Origin: Octopus sinensis
Lineage: Eukaryota
Direction: 5' to 3'
Length of the DNA stretch: 64,000 bases
Assembly: GCF_006345805.1 (NCBI RefSeq)
Contig: NC_043015.1
Location: forward strand, 32,612,001 to 32,676,000
The notes under the pieces: model-generated
What the model was told of the DNA's origin: nothing
What the model saw: the letters and a program-made list of their open reading frames with translations, nothing else
The model's database searches: none
Program-made: the position numbers and the translations under genes
Part shown: piece after piece, positions 1 to 13,795 of the stretch
Layout of the letters: the number at the start of each line of letters is the position of its first letter
Numbering within the stretch: the stretch's first letter is position 1

Positions 1-445
1 TGTATGTATTTATGTATGTATGTATAGATGTATGTATGTATGTATGTATTTATGTATGCATGCATGTATGTATTTATGTATGTATGTATGTAAGTATGCA
101 TGTAAGTATGTATGTAAGTATGTATGTATGTATGTATATATGTAGGTATGTATGTATGTATTATGTATGTATTTAAGTATGTAAGTATGTAAGTATGTAT
201 GCAAGTAGGTATGTATGTATGTATGTATGTAGGTATGTATGTATGTATGTATGTAAGTATGTATGTATGTACGTACGTACGTACGTACGTATGTATGTAT
301 GTATGTAAGTATGTATGTATGTATGTATGTATGTATGTATGCATGCCTGTATGTATGTATGTATGTATGTGTGCGTGTATGCGTGTATGTATGTATGTAT
401 GTATGTAAGTATGTATGTATGTATACAGACAGATAGATAGATATA
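1..445. repeat. (TATG)n / (ATAG)n microsatellite
   Basis: Tetranucleotide array read directly from the sequence. Confidence 0.95.
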
Positions 446-604
446 GATGTACAATTATATATCTAGAGTGTGTATATATACCTGTGTGTATATATATATA
501 TGTGTGTGTGTGAGTGTGTATTTCATTTTTCCTCGTTTACTGGTTTCAGCCATCGGCTGGGGCCAAGCTGGAGCATCGCCTTTCAGAGCGCTTGGTTTTC
601 CTCT

Positions 605-704
605 NNNNNNNNNNNNNNNNNNNNNNNNNNNNNNNNNNNNNNNNNNNNNNNNNNNNNNNNNNNNNNNNNNNNNNNNNNNNNNNNNNNNNNNNNNNNNNNN
701 NNNN
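605..704. other. Assembly gap (100 N)
   Basis: Run of exactly 100 N, a fixed-size scaffold gap. Confidence 0.99.
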
Positions 705-1821
705 CCCGAGGCACGAAATCTTAAGTGCTTTGCCCAGAGATGCAACGCAATGGCTACAAAAAGACATGAACTTGTGACATGGTTGGGTCAGAGGGCATGA
801 CTCCCTCTCATCTTGTCTAAACCACAGTTATATAGGATTAGCTACAAGGAATCATCATTGTCAGGGGGGTGGGGTGGCAGGAGAAGAAAGAGGAAGGATA
901 GGAATGAATAATAAAACACAGAATAAAGAAAACCGTATATTACTGGTATTTAAATTATTGAATCCTTTCGGGGTGGGAGTGAGAATTGCAATCTGAGAGA
1001 AACAAGCAGGATTTGAACTCAAAACGCCGAAATGCTTCTGTAGATACATTGAATACGATATTTTTGTCCTTTTTTCGAAGGGCTCCCAAATCGAGGAAGT
1101 AAATTACATGGGCGACAATTCTGACCCTGGTTATGAAACCAGTCTTTTGTTGAATGTAGAAGAAATTAAATTAAATTAATATTTTCTAATTTTGGCACAA
1201 GGCCGGCAATTTAAAGTGATGAGGCAAATCCATTACACACCGATCCAATTCTTCATAGCTACTTTAGCTTAACGATCCCTAAAAGATTAAAGACGAAATT
1301 GATCCCGGAGGGGACTGAACTCAGACAGCGAAAATCATACGGAGATTTTATAGGGTTGCTTACAAATGTTTGTTTCTACCGACCCTACCACACGGTTCCT
1401 ATTTTCCCCGTTAAGAGGACAGTGCTGTTTCTGAGTTGAATATCTTGTCTATAGAAAATCACGCAAAGCAGTTGACAGGAAACGAACCACCAAACTCTTG
1501 GTATGATATCCGGTACCCTATCCACTCGGACTTCCGGACTCCAAAGGAAAGAAATTAAGAGTTTCATAATTAGTCAGAAGGTCATAGGACAAACAGAGAT
1601 AAGCGCCCTGCTTAAGGACATAATCCTTACTCTGCAGCGGGACACAAATTCATGTTAGATTACAATCGCAATACTATAATCACTTAACAGTTGTACTTCA
1701 TTAACCCTTCACCCCACTAATTACAACTAATTACAACAATTTACGATAGTTCTTACCTTGTTTCATATAGAGTAAGTGCGACAGTGTATTTCCCATTGAT
1801 ATCAATATTTCGCATAAAAGA

Positions 1822-2270
1822 AGGCGGCGAACTGGCAGAATTGTTAGTATGCCGGTCAAAATGTTAGCAGTATTTTGTCTGTCAAGGCAGCGAGCTGGCA
1901 GAACCGTTAGCACGCCGGGCGAAATGCTTAGCGGTATTTCGTCTGCTGCTACGTTCTGAGTTCAAATTCCGCCGTGGTCGACTTTGCCTTTCATCCTTTC
2001 GGGGGTCGATAAATTAAGTTCCAGTTACGCACTGGGGTCGATGTGATCGACTTAATCCGTTTGTCTGTCCTTGTTTGTCCTCTCTGTGTTTAGCCGCTTG
2101 TGGGTAGAAAAGAAATAGGTATTTTGTCTGTCTTTTTATTCTGAGTTTCAATTCCGTCGAGTTCGATTTTTCCTTTCATCCTTTCGGGCTTTATAAAATA
2201 AGAACCAGTTGAATACCCCCAACCCCCATCCAAACTTGCTGGCCTTGTGCCAACATTTGAAATCAATATT
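1822..2270 (+). mobile_element. Older tRNA-derived SINE (family A) split by a younger family-A copy
   Basis: Head at 1822-1883, body resumes at 2119 and ends in the CTGGCCTTGTGCCAA..TTTGAAATCAATATT tail; 14-bp duplication GTATTTTGTCTGTC at 1870-1883 and 2119-2132. Confidence 0.8.
1886..2118 (+). mobile_element. Full-length SINE family A (octopus tRNA-derived SINE)
   Basis: tRNA-like A-box head GGCGAGCTGGCAGAA, B-box-like GAGTTCAAATTCC, central CCTTTCATCCTTTCGGGGTCGATAAATTAAGT and tail GCCCCTTGTGGGTAGTAAAGAAATAG; many near-identical copies in the window. Confidence 0.9.
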
Positions 2271-2282
2271 TCGCAAGAAAGA

Positions 2283-2500
2283 AGGCGACGAGCTGGCAAA
2301 ATTAGCATACCGGAAAAAAGAATGCTTAGCGGCATTTCGTCCGTCTTTACGTTCTGAGTTTCAATTCCGTCGAGGTCGATTTTTCTTTTCATCCTTTCAG
2401 GATCGATAAAATAAGTACCAGTTGAATACTGGGGGTCGATGTAATCGACTTACCCACTCCCCAAAAATTGCTGGCCTTGTGCCAAAATTTGAAATCAATA
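2283..2500 (+). mobile_element. SINE family A, older subfamily with alternative tail
   Basis: Same head and body, tail CCCCAAAAATTGCTGGCCTTGTGCCAAAATTTGAAATC. Confidence 0.85.
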
Positions 2501-3085
2501 TTTTACAAGAAAACTGGTCATACTATGGAAAATTGTATTGTAAATATTTCCTGTTATCGTTAACCGGTAGGCGAAGAGGTACAATAAGTAGAACACCTCA
2601 TTGTATTTAATAACGACCATTCAAATGCCGGTTTCGAATCCCACGAAAGCAAATAAATCTTTTCTCACAACATAGACAAATACAGTTATATCAATACAAT
2701 AACATAATTTTTATATAAATAGATATATATATATATTATATATATAATATATATATATATATATAATATATAGATAATAGATAGATAGATAGATAGATTT
2801 ATAATAGTATTTTATACTATTATAAATCTCTATATATGATTCACCTTAAAACGTCTATATTAAATGCTGGGCATTGATAAAATCTGAAACGGTTTTATCC
2901 TTTATATATATATACATACATAAATAAATATACATATATGTATACATATAACTATACAATATATATTTATATTTATACATATATATATATATAGTATAAT
3001 ATAATATAATATAATATATATATGCATATATGTATGTGCGTGTGTGTATATATATGTATATATATGTATATTATATATATATGTG

Positions 3086-3136
<51 letters not shown>

Positions 3137-3524
3137 TATTATAGTGTATTGTATGCTGCATAATGGTTATTAAGTAGATATGATTTAAGTAGCAAAGTGA
3201 ATTGTCGGTGAGAACTCGCTTTTAGAATTCTCTTTCATCTAACACATAATATAAGTATCTACATATATTGTTTTATATCAAAAAAAAAAACGTTCAAAAC
3301 ATGAGGTAAGCAACGACATCCACAACTACACTAGCAACAATAATATTAATAATAAACCTTAACACGTCAGGTACCCTCTGTGGAATCATCGATTAATGTA
3401 CATTAATCCATCAATAAATATGGGTGTGAATGTTTGTGTATATATATATATAGAGAGATAGATAGATATGTACATATATATGTATATATATATGTAAATA
3501 TATATGTATATATATATGTGTATA

Positions 3525-3564
<40 letters not shown>

Positions 3565-4329
3565 CAGAGAGAAAGAGAGATTGAGAAAGTGAGAGTTTTG
3601 TATGTATATACACACAAAGGTAACATAATACATCATAAGAAAGGTAATGACAGAGGAATAAGAGGAATATCATATAAAGTTTATTAGCTTACAGCTGTTT
3701 CCACCATGCGATGCTGTGGACTCATAGCTGGCATAATATATATATATATACATGTATGTATATATGTGTATGTATATATGTATGTATGCATGCATGTCTG
3801 TATGAATGTATGTATGTATGTATGTATGTATGTATGTATGTATGTATGTATGTATGTATGTATGTATGTATGTATGTATGCTTGTATGTATATATAATCA
3901 AAATAAGCAATAAGGATATCCAGAGGTAATGCAGTACGCTCGTTTCAAGCAACTCCATTTAATTGAACAATGCAATCATTACATCAATTTAAAATGCAGA
4001 GCAATCCTCAGCTGCATAAAGACAAATAATTTAATAAAATTAAAACAGATTGACACGTTAGTATAATTTTTTTATCTAAAATCTCCAAGAATGTAAGGAT
4101 ATAGACAAAGAACATGCTGTCTTCACTTCAGCTTAGAAGCTACAAAGGTATCAGGAAGAAAGACTCGTTACAATTTTGCTTGTCACTGTTTTAAGGCGTC
4201 AGCTTTTATTTAAAGACTAGTTTATCAAATCTTTGTATATCTAAAGTCAAAATGACAAGGAGCAGTGCCTGTTAGGTGGTGTAGATTAGGATTATATCGG
4301 TAAAGTGTACTGAAAAAATTTTCTGAGAG

Positions 4330-4850
4330 GTAAGGAGAAGAGTTTCGGAAACTTCACAGGAATCGGTTTTGTTTCTTCATAACTTGCAGTAAATTAGGTA
4401 TTTTTTAATGAAATATTCTACAAATACATCTCAGATGGCGTAGATCCCAATTGGAATTTAATATGGTAAAAGAAATGGTATACACGCCCACACACATACT
4501 GACACATCGTATTCTTTTCAAAATTTCTAGTCTTGTTTTGTAGACATATTTGTGATATGTGTCAGTATGTGTGCGCGCCCACCAATTTGTTTTCTACATT
4601 AATTGCTTATGTAATCGTAATCTACAGCACCTGAAAGGTATTTATAGAGAATTTCATTTTAAAATATCCATATTTTTCCGGAAATTATAAGGAAACGCTA
4701 ATTCGCGTGAATTTTCTGAAATTCCTCTCTCCATCCAGTCGAAAAGTGTTTTTTAAATAAATTCCGATATAATCGCAATTTATAACATCTAAAGCCTTTA
4801 TGTGGAAAATTTCATTAATAATACCCATTTTCTAGACAGTTGTGATAAAA
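4330..4850. repeat. Long imperfect palindrome / foldback-type repeat
   Basis: Perfect 17-bp inverted repeat 4491-4507 / 4557-4573; flanks mirror each other out to about 4330/4735; modules also match 33335-33555. Confidence 0.6.
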
Positions 4851-5689
4851 CAGAGTTGTTGGTGCACACATTTGTAGTTATGATTTGTGCAAAGTACCAT
4901 ATAAAGAGGAAAATTCAAAATGAAAACGAAAAAGAAATGTCTGTTCTATTTGGATTTCATGTAATTCACATTCGATTGTGAGTAGGCCCCTACGTCTATG
5001 GGTACATAAAGGGAGACATTCAGTGCGCTCATTTAATATTTTGTCCTGATGTGTCAAGCTCAATAACTTTTCTAGATTGTAAAGACTGCAAAATGCTTTT
5101 GATTGCTTTATTTGTTTGGATTTTTACAAAAAGCCACCCCTCAAAATGGTATGGGGGTATATTCGTAATTTGAAAAAAAAAATACATATTTGTGGTTAAG
5201 AAATTTAGGATTGTAGATTGTGAGACTACAACAAATATGTACTACGTAGATGTGTGTGCGTGTGTGCGTGTATGACGTATAATAAACACACGAACGCACA
5301 CACACACACACACACACACAGTGTTGTATATGTGCACATACCTGTTTATACGTGTTCGTATATGAATGCGTGTGCATGCAAATCTTTGTGAAGATGTGTG
5401 AGGATAGCCTGTCAACATGTTTCATTCTGTCTCTCTATGTGTGTGTGCTTGTATATGTGTTTGTGTGTATATATATATAATTTTAAATTAATAATAGAAT
5501 GGTAAAATTTATTAATTAAATTAATTAATTAATCAATTTATTAATAATTTTACCAAGTAAATCGGTACGCTAAAATAACCTTTATAGGTAAGATTATCCA
5601 CATAATTAGAGAAGCAGAAAAGGAATTTAACTCCTATTTCAAATTTCGGTATGTGGTGAAGCAGTTAATAGCAGAACCCTAATTATAAT

Positions 5690-5733
<44 letters not shown>

Positions 5734-6346
5734 CATATACATGCACACACATACATATGAATCTATGTAAGTATGTAGGTATGTATGTGCATATATTCTG
5801 TACCTCTGTTGGCATTTGTCTTTGTGAATGTGTGTGTCTGTGTATGTGTACGTGTCTGTGAGTGTCTCTATGTGCATATGTGAGTGTATGGATGCGGTTG
5901 TGCTTCTCTGTGTTTGCGGGTTCCATGTCTTGTGTATATAATTATGCCTTCTCGAATATAAGCGACTACCAGTAAATATGCTGCGTACGTATACGTGTGT
6001 GCATATGATTGCATATACACACCATTGAGTGAGTGCGTGTGTCTATATTGTGTATGTATACAGGAGTATATTGTGTATAGATGTGTGTATGTGCTCACTA
6101 GTCATGTTTCGTTTCATAACATTATGTAAGGCCACCGGCTTCCACGACACAACTCTTCTCAATGCTATCCTTTATGTATTGAAAAACGGTGACCATCCAT
6201 CCGGAAGAAAGCTGCAGTTGTGTTGCTGTTCGGACCCTGATTCTTTTATTATTCAGTATGTATCTTATTTTCTGTACGTGTGTTAGCAAAGTTTCTGTGA
6301 CAGAGAGGTATATAGATATATAGATAGATATATGAATAAATGAATA

Positions 6347-6482
6347 GTTACTTAGATACATGGTTCCGGGTTCAGTCCCACTGCGTGGCACCTTGGGGAA
6401 GTGTCTTTTACTATGGCCCCGTCCGACCAAAACCCTATGAATGATTCGGTAGAAGCGAACTGAAGAAGCCTATATACATGCA

Positions 6483-6548
<66 letters not shown>

Positions 6549-6737
6549 CTTTGTATATATGTCTTTATGTCTGTTCCCCACCATCACAGCTTGACAACCG
6601 GTGTTAGTGTGTTTACGTTTCCGTTACTTAGGCTTAAAAAAATCCCTGAGGTCGATTTCTTCGACTAAAACCCGTCAAAATGGTGCTCCAGCATGGCAGC
6701 TGTTAAATGACTGAAACCAGTAAAAGAATAAAAGAAT
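6347..6737 (+). mobile_element. SINE family B (CORE-like, microsatellite in the middle), internally deleted
   Basis: GGTTCCGGGTTCAGTCCCACTGCGTGGCACCTTGGG.AAGTGTC head/CORE-like segment, internal (TA)n, 3' GCTCCAGCATGGC..AAATGACTGAAAC and (TAAAAGA)n tail. Confidence 0.8.
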
Positions 6738-6784
6738 GCATATATGCATATGAAGAGGTAGATAGATAGGTACAGAGAGAGATT

Positions 6785-6818
<34 letters not shown>

Positions 6819-7283
6819 GAGAGAAAGAGAGAGATGCACACTCAATCACTAACAACACAGGGACACGAACAGACACACACAAAAGATACAAACACACACT
6901 CTAACTGACACTCAACACGCTTACGTGAAAGTGTGAGCGTGCGTCCGCCATTTCATTTGTATGCGCGCGCGACTGTGTATTTGAAGCCATCTCTGAAGTT
7001 AATCGGAATGTAAAGCGTTTAGTAAAAGCGAAGGTCCCTAATAAATATGAATTGTATTAAAGCGGGTGGAAGGGTGGTACAAATGAAGTAATGTTCGCTT
7101 CACTGACCACACCTTTGTAATTATCACCCTCGGGTACCCTACACCCTTCAACAACTCTTCAATTAAGAAGTATTTTTTTTCTTTATTTCTGGATTTAAAA
7201 AAGAAAAGCCCTGTTCAGTGTTCTCCATTTTCTTGTGACACTCATTCTCTCTCTACTTTTTCCACCTCTTTGCTCTCTCTTTC

Positions 7284-7354
<71 letters not shown>

Positions 7355-7363
7355 GTCTATCTA

Positions 7364-7404
<41 letters not shown>

Positions 7405-8125
7405 GTATGTGTGGATGGATGGGTGTGTGTAGTTATATTGTTGAGTGTGACCTTTATTTTAAGAGAGAAGGGCATAAGTTTTGACCCGTTCGCTTGCCAT
7501 ATTTGCAGACTGAGCCACATGTAGGTATTTGCTCCGTTGCTCGTCGTCTTAATTTTTGTTATTAACGTTGTTGTTGTGAATACAGTTGTTGTTATCGTTG
7601 CTGTTGTAAATGATGCTCATAATGTTGAAGACGAGAACGATAATGAAGATTATTGTAGTTGTTGTTGAAGTTGTCTTCCAGCAATTTTCCCTGTTTTTGT
7701 ATGATTTCTTTAAAATCTATCAAAATATTCCCCCAAACTGTCACTTTTAACAAACGCCGAACAAACTCTTTTAAATAGTGATAGCAATTGTTTCTTTCAT
7801 AATGTAGTTTGTATTGTCGCTTTGGGAGCTATTTGTGTGTGTGTGTAATGTGTATTTTGTGTATGTGTATGTGGGTATTTATTTGTGTGTGAGTACGTGT
7901 GTTTGTGTGTGTGCGTGTGTGTTTACAGAATACCATTTTCTGCGATTGTGGCTCTGTATATATAAACGTGTGTGTGCGTGCATACTCATATATATATACA
8001 ATGTGTGTGTGTGTGGTGTGTATGTGATATCTATCAATCCATATATATATATTTATGTATATATATATATATAAATATATATATATATATGTATATATTA
8101 ATAATAAATCAATATATATGTATCC

Positions 8126-8176
<51 letters not shown>

Positions 8177-9473
8177 TATATATATATTATATATCATATA
8201 TGTATCCATATATATATATATATATATAATATATATATATCATATTGTATTATATTATATACACAAAACACACACCAACAAACACTCTCACAAACACACG
8301 TGTATTCATGTATCTATCTTTTTCTACGAATACTTTTTTCTTGTAGGTGTCACTGAATATATTTATCTATGCTTAATCACACACAAACATGCACCACACA
8401 CACACGCATACACACACACATACACAAACACACGCACACAGACACACACGCAAACATACGTACACAAACACATTCACATACCTCACAAACGTATCGTACA
8501 ACACGTGCGCACGTCGGCACCTTTAGGCCATACAAAGCCACAGAAACATGCACGAGCAATCACGGGATCTCCAAGAAGCGTAACTCCGTAGACACACACA
8601 TATGCACACATACACAGCTATATAATAAGTCCCGTCACCACCACCACCACCACCACCACCTGCCACCACCACCACCGCCGCCGCCGCCGCCGCCACCACC
8701 ACCACACACTCACACACATATACTCACAAGCGCATTCGCCGCCATTAATGTTCATACACATATAGTAACGGTCGCTAATTCCTCCAAATTTCAACACACC
8801 ACATCATATTACCCAACAGTGCACTGTTCCTACATATTATTGTTGATGCACAAAAAGATGTGCAATTGTACATATATAAATTTTTATACATAAACACATG
8901 CACACAAGCATTCGAGCAGATGTGAACACACAGATTATACTCAGACCGTTCCACACCTCCGCTGACGCCAACGATCATAGTCATACAGCTGCACACATAT
9001 ACGAGTATACGAGTATACATAGAGAAGCAGATATCCACTTATACATGCCCACGCGTCTCCAAACTCAAACTTAAAACCAGACACAAGAATGCACGTATGA
9101 GTGTATGCGCACGCACACACCACACACACATACACACAGACGCTCTCACACACACACACACTCTGTCTCTCTCTCTCTCTCTCACACACACACATACACA
9201 CAATATATATATAACATATTATATGTATATATATATATAGATTAAACATGTATATGTTATATATATATATATATATATAATATATATATATATATTATAT
9301 AATATATATATAACATATACATGTTTAAATGTATATATATTTATTGCATATATACAGATATATATATACACACACATTTATATACCATATATATGTATAT
9401 ATATATATATTTATATATAACATATATATTTATATACACATATAGATGTACATATATCTATATATCTATCTGT

Positions 9474-9514
<41 letters not shown>

Positions 9515-9568
9515 CATATGTAAAGACACAGGCATATACATGTGGTGTATGTGATACATTGTTATACA

Positions 9569-9627
<59 letters not shown>

Positions 9628-10046
9628 CGTGCGTCTATATAGACGTAACCACCTTCTGTGCAGAAATACACATATGTGAATAAGTAATAAAAATATTTAA
9701 AGAATAAGTAAAACCGAAATTTCAAAAGTTTTTCCCTTCAGCAATATCGTTTGACTCTCTCCTCATTCTTCCTGTCTGAACTCTTTTTTCGATTATTTTT
9801 TTCCGAATAACTTTTTGACGAATCATTTGTGAAACCGGAAACGTCTGACTTCCTTATTGTTTTACACCAGCTGTCACGTGGATAAATCGTTTAGCAGAAT
9901 TGGCGTTGAATGATGCTCTCACCTCGGAACATACGCAAACACATAGTTTGTGACAATGGTGTCACGTGGATGAATAAATTACCGACCTTCTTATCACTGA
10001 TGTTGCTAATGTGGTTGTTACTTACATGTAGAGAGAACATTTAAAT

Positions 10047-10145
10047 TCTTCTTCTTCTTTCTTCTTCTTCTTCTTCTTCTTCTTCTTCTTCTTCTTCTTC
10101 TTCTTCTTCTTCTTCTTCTTCTTCTTCTTCTTCTTCTTCTTCTTC
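10047..10145. repeat. (TTC)n microsatellite
   Basis: Near-perfect trinucleotide array. Confidence 0.95.
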
Positions 10146-10200
10146 CAAACAGTGTATCACACATAGCATCAAATGGATAAATAGTTTATAATAGAGAAAT

Positions 10201-10462
10201 GCCTTGGGAGTGGATTGGTAGACGGAAACTGAAAGAATCCCGTCGTATATATATATATGTATGTATATGTTTGTGAGTTTGTGTTTGTGCCTCCTACATC
10301 GCTTGACAACTGATGCTGGTGTGTTTACGTCCCCGTCACTAAGCGGTTCGGCAAGAGAGACCGATAGAATAAGTACTAGGCTTACAAAGAATAAGTCCTG
10401 GGGTCGATTTGCTCAACTAAAGACGGTGCTCCAGCATGGCCGTTGTCAAATGACTGAAACAA
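10201..10462 (+). mobile_element. SINE family B, 5'-truncated
   Basis: Matches the 3' two-thirds of the copies at 13796 and 47972. Confidence 0.85.
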
Positions 10463-10509
10463 ATCGCTTTTCAACCACAACCCTTTTTTGAGCTGATATC
10501 AGCAGCCAC

Positions 10510-10830
10510 GTCTCTCTTCTTTGATGGTTTTCTTCAGCTGCCAGGGTTTCTGATCAATTTTCTGTAGGAGATAGCACACCGACACAACAGAAAATCTGCG
10601 GCAACCGACTTCTATAAAGAATTATGCCACGTGACTTCCCTTGACAAGTGCTTCGTTGACCATATCCTATTTGTTCCTCTTTAGCAGGCGGGAAATGTCT
10701 TATTTGTCCTTCAAAGACACTGTGGGTGCAACAACGATAATTGTTTTTGCACATTGAATTATCATGAACGTGTCTGGTTGGAGTGATGTAACCGCTACCT
10801 CCACAAGGAATACGAATAAAAACTTCAGGT
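10510..10830 (-). mobile_element. Decayed non-LTR retrotransposon, HERO-like RLE (PD-D/ExK) endonuclease C-terminus
   Basis: One minus frame with in-frame stops reads VTSLQPDTFMIIQCAKTIIVVAPTVSLKDK*DISRLLKRNK*DMVNEALVKGSHVA*FFIEVGCRRFSVVSVCYLLQKI..QLKKTIKE, matching the TSLRPD..ELTVP..K..KY..IEVGCRGF pattern of HERO-clade RLE domains. Confidence 0.7.
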
Positions 10831-11121
10831 AAGTGTGATATCATTCAAGATCCGAATTGAGAGTGATAAGGGCGTGGGGGATAGATTGAGCTACGGGATT
10901 TGATCTCTAGGATGAGTTCAAAGCCCGCTGAGGATAATTTGTCCGTCATCTTTTCAACGACTTCCACTTCTATGTTTTGGTCGATATTACAGATGTACAT
11001 CCACAGTCCTATGACACACGGAGTTTATCACGATAAGGTGTATGTTTTCATGTTATATTACTAGGCATACATGCATACATATATGTATGTGCGCATGTTT
11101 GTATCTATGTATGTGTGTGCG

Positions 11122-11153
<32 letters not shown>

Positions 11154-11832
11154 TTATAATATGCATATATATATATATATTTATAATATACATACGCACA
11201 TAGATATACATTTATATATGTATATTTATAGATCGATGGATAGATAGGGATAATATATATATATATATATATACATACACATATATATATATGTATATAT
11301 ATATATGTATATATATAGAAGATCCTTCTATATAATAAATTAATTTTACTCTGCTATGTATTGAGTACCTTATTTACTGTGGTTAACCCCGAATCAACCC
11401 GGGACCTACATATATATATATATATACGGAAGCATTCATACAGGTATACATGTGAATGTATACGCATATATATATATATATATAAATGTGTGCGTGTGTG
11501 TGTGTGTGTGCAGTAATAAAACATAAAACAGATGGGTAATACGGATATTGCTACACGCCATTCTGAAGCTGATTAATTATTAACAGATTGTGTCATACAA
11601 TTTGGTAATAATCCTTTCTACTATAGGCACAAGGCTTGAAACTTTCTCTGTATGTACGTATGTATGTATGTCCGTACCTACGAATGTATGTATGTATGTG
11701 TATATAGAGTTTTTTCGTAAACTCTCCACATGTGTATATACATGTATATATATGTATATCTATATATATATATACATATATATATGCTTGTACATGTACA
11801 TATAGATATGCACACATATACATATATACATA

Positions 11833-11876
<44 letters not shown>

Positions 11877-12312
11877 GGGTGAGAGGAGAAAAGAGAAAGA
11901 GAGGTAAGAGAATGAGAGAGAATAACTGACAGACATAGGTATGTGTGTACCTGTTCGCTCACGTACCCGCATTAGTGACTATGATTGATTGAGACAAAGT
12001 AGATGTGACGCCTTGATTAAAATATATAAACTACTCGGGTAGATCGGTTATTGATAACTGACAGGTGTCTGTAGAGCATTTCTATGATTTCCATGACGTC
12101 ATTTTTCACTTCCTCATTTTATTACATATATTTACAAAAATCCTCTGTCCGTCCATCTGTGTATGTGTGTGTGTATGTGTGTGTGTGTGTGTGTGTACGT
12201 ATTCATACGAAATTATCTATCTATATATGTATATATTAAACATCCAAACACACACACAATCACACACACAATATATATATATATATATACTTTATATATA
12301 TATGTGTGTGTT

Positions 12313-12378
<66 letters not shown>

Positions 12379-12417
12379 TGAGGCTAGATAGATAGATAGA
12401 TAGATTGACAGACAGAC

Positions 12418-12482
<65 letters not shown>

Positions 12483-12483
12483 T

Positions 12484-12534
<51 letters not shown>

Positions 12535-13795
12535 CTCTGTCTCTCTATTTCTAAAATAAAACAAAATTTTTGCCGTCATTTTAACACTCACATTCTCATT
12601 ATCTGTCCTTAAAACTTCCCCCAAATCTCCCATCTGATTTTCTTTTCTTCGTTTTTGTTTGAATCTTTTTATATCTTCTCTTGTTTCTTTATTTCATTCA
12701 CTTCTCTTACTTTCTTTCTATTCTTTTCTCCCGCCTACCTATCTGTCTTCCTTTCATCTTTCTTCTCTCTTTCATTACCTCACTCTTTCTCTATCTCACG
12801 TGGCTAAACTTTGAATTCCACTTTCACTTTTAATTTCAACAAAATATATTGGTCACGCCCACTCTTACATCACCAACTCATTTTCTACTCCTATCTCTAC
12901 ACATTTCCTTACTACTTCTGTCTTTCATCTCACTCTCTTATGCACGCCCACCCATTTATAACTTACAAACTCGGCTTGGTGCCTCTGTCTCTACTATTGC
13001 CAAAATTCTTCAAGATTCAGTTTCAATATAAGATTTTGCTGTAGAGTAATTCAGTTGGTTACGTGACGAATTCTATAATCACGAGAAGGCATCATGGTGT
13101 GGAATAGTGTCTTGTCTGCTGGTTTCTTTTATTTGCTTTTATGTTCTTCGTGTCTCACTATCCTTTCTATTTATTGTGCTAATATCTTGTATGTTTAAGG
13201 TAACCCAGTGGTATATAGACCTCAATGAAATGGACCGGGATCGACAGTATTATGAATATTCTATTGACGAATTTGGTCAATGACAGAATCGTCAGTGAAA
13301 TCAAACAATGGACAAGAGGTTCCATGGTACTGAAACCAGCATTACAGAAAAAAAAATCAACAACAACGCCATACCATAAAATAGTAACAGCAGCAAATGT
13401 AACAATAATTGCAGTAACAACTATTACATCAACAGCATCAACAACATCAGCAATGGATGAGCCTTATAGTTAAAAAAAAACCCCAGCCAAAACAACAATA
13501 ACGGTAGTAATAAAAACAGCAACGTTCAAATATTATCTCCAAGAATTTCACTAAGAACAACGCCATCTACAAATGGATTAAAGATATCCGCATTAACTAT
13601 AATAGCAAAAGATACTACAACAACAGGGACAATACGTCTACTCAAGTCATCTTTTCTAGGTGGGGGCCATGTCGGGGATTTTCTTCTCTTCACTTTATCA
13701 TGTCATAAAGGTTTTTGCTGTTCACAGGTTTTGCTGCTAGATCTGATTAATTCCATTTCTATCACTCATTTCAACCTTTGTTACATATTTTTTGC

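Noticed and set aside
1886-1970. tRNA gene-like A/B boxes in SINE heads
   Set aside because: No complete cloverleaf; they continue into SINE bodies.
3687-3734. Minus-strand mini-exon with a GTAAGC donor (MPAMSPQHRMVETA)
   Set aside because: The upstream context is (TA)n with no polypyrimidine tract, and there is no homology.
9815-9845. TTGACGAA...GAAACGTC hammerhead-like string
   Set aside because: The core and GAAACGTC fit, but stems I and II do not pair; it may be a very old PLE relic but cannot be supported.
13085-13130. GIMVWNSV resembling a Tc1/maT SVMVW motif
   Set aside because: Too short; no flanking transposase motifs.
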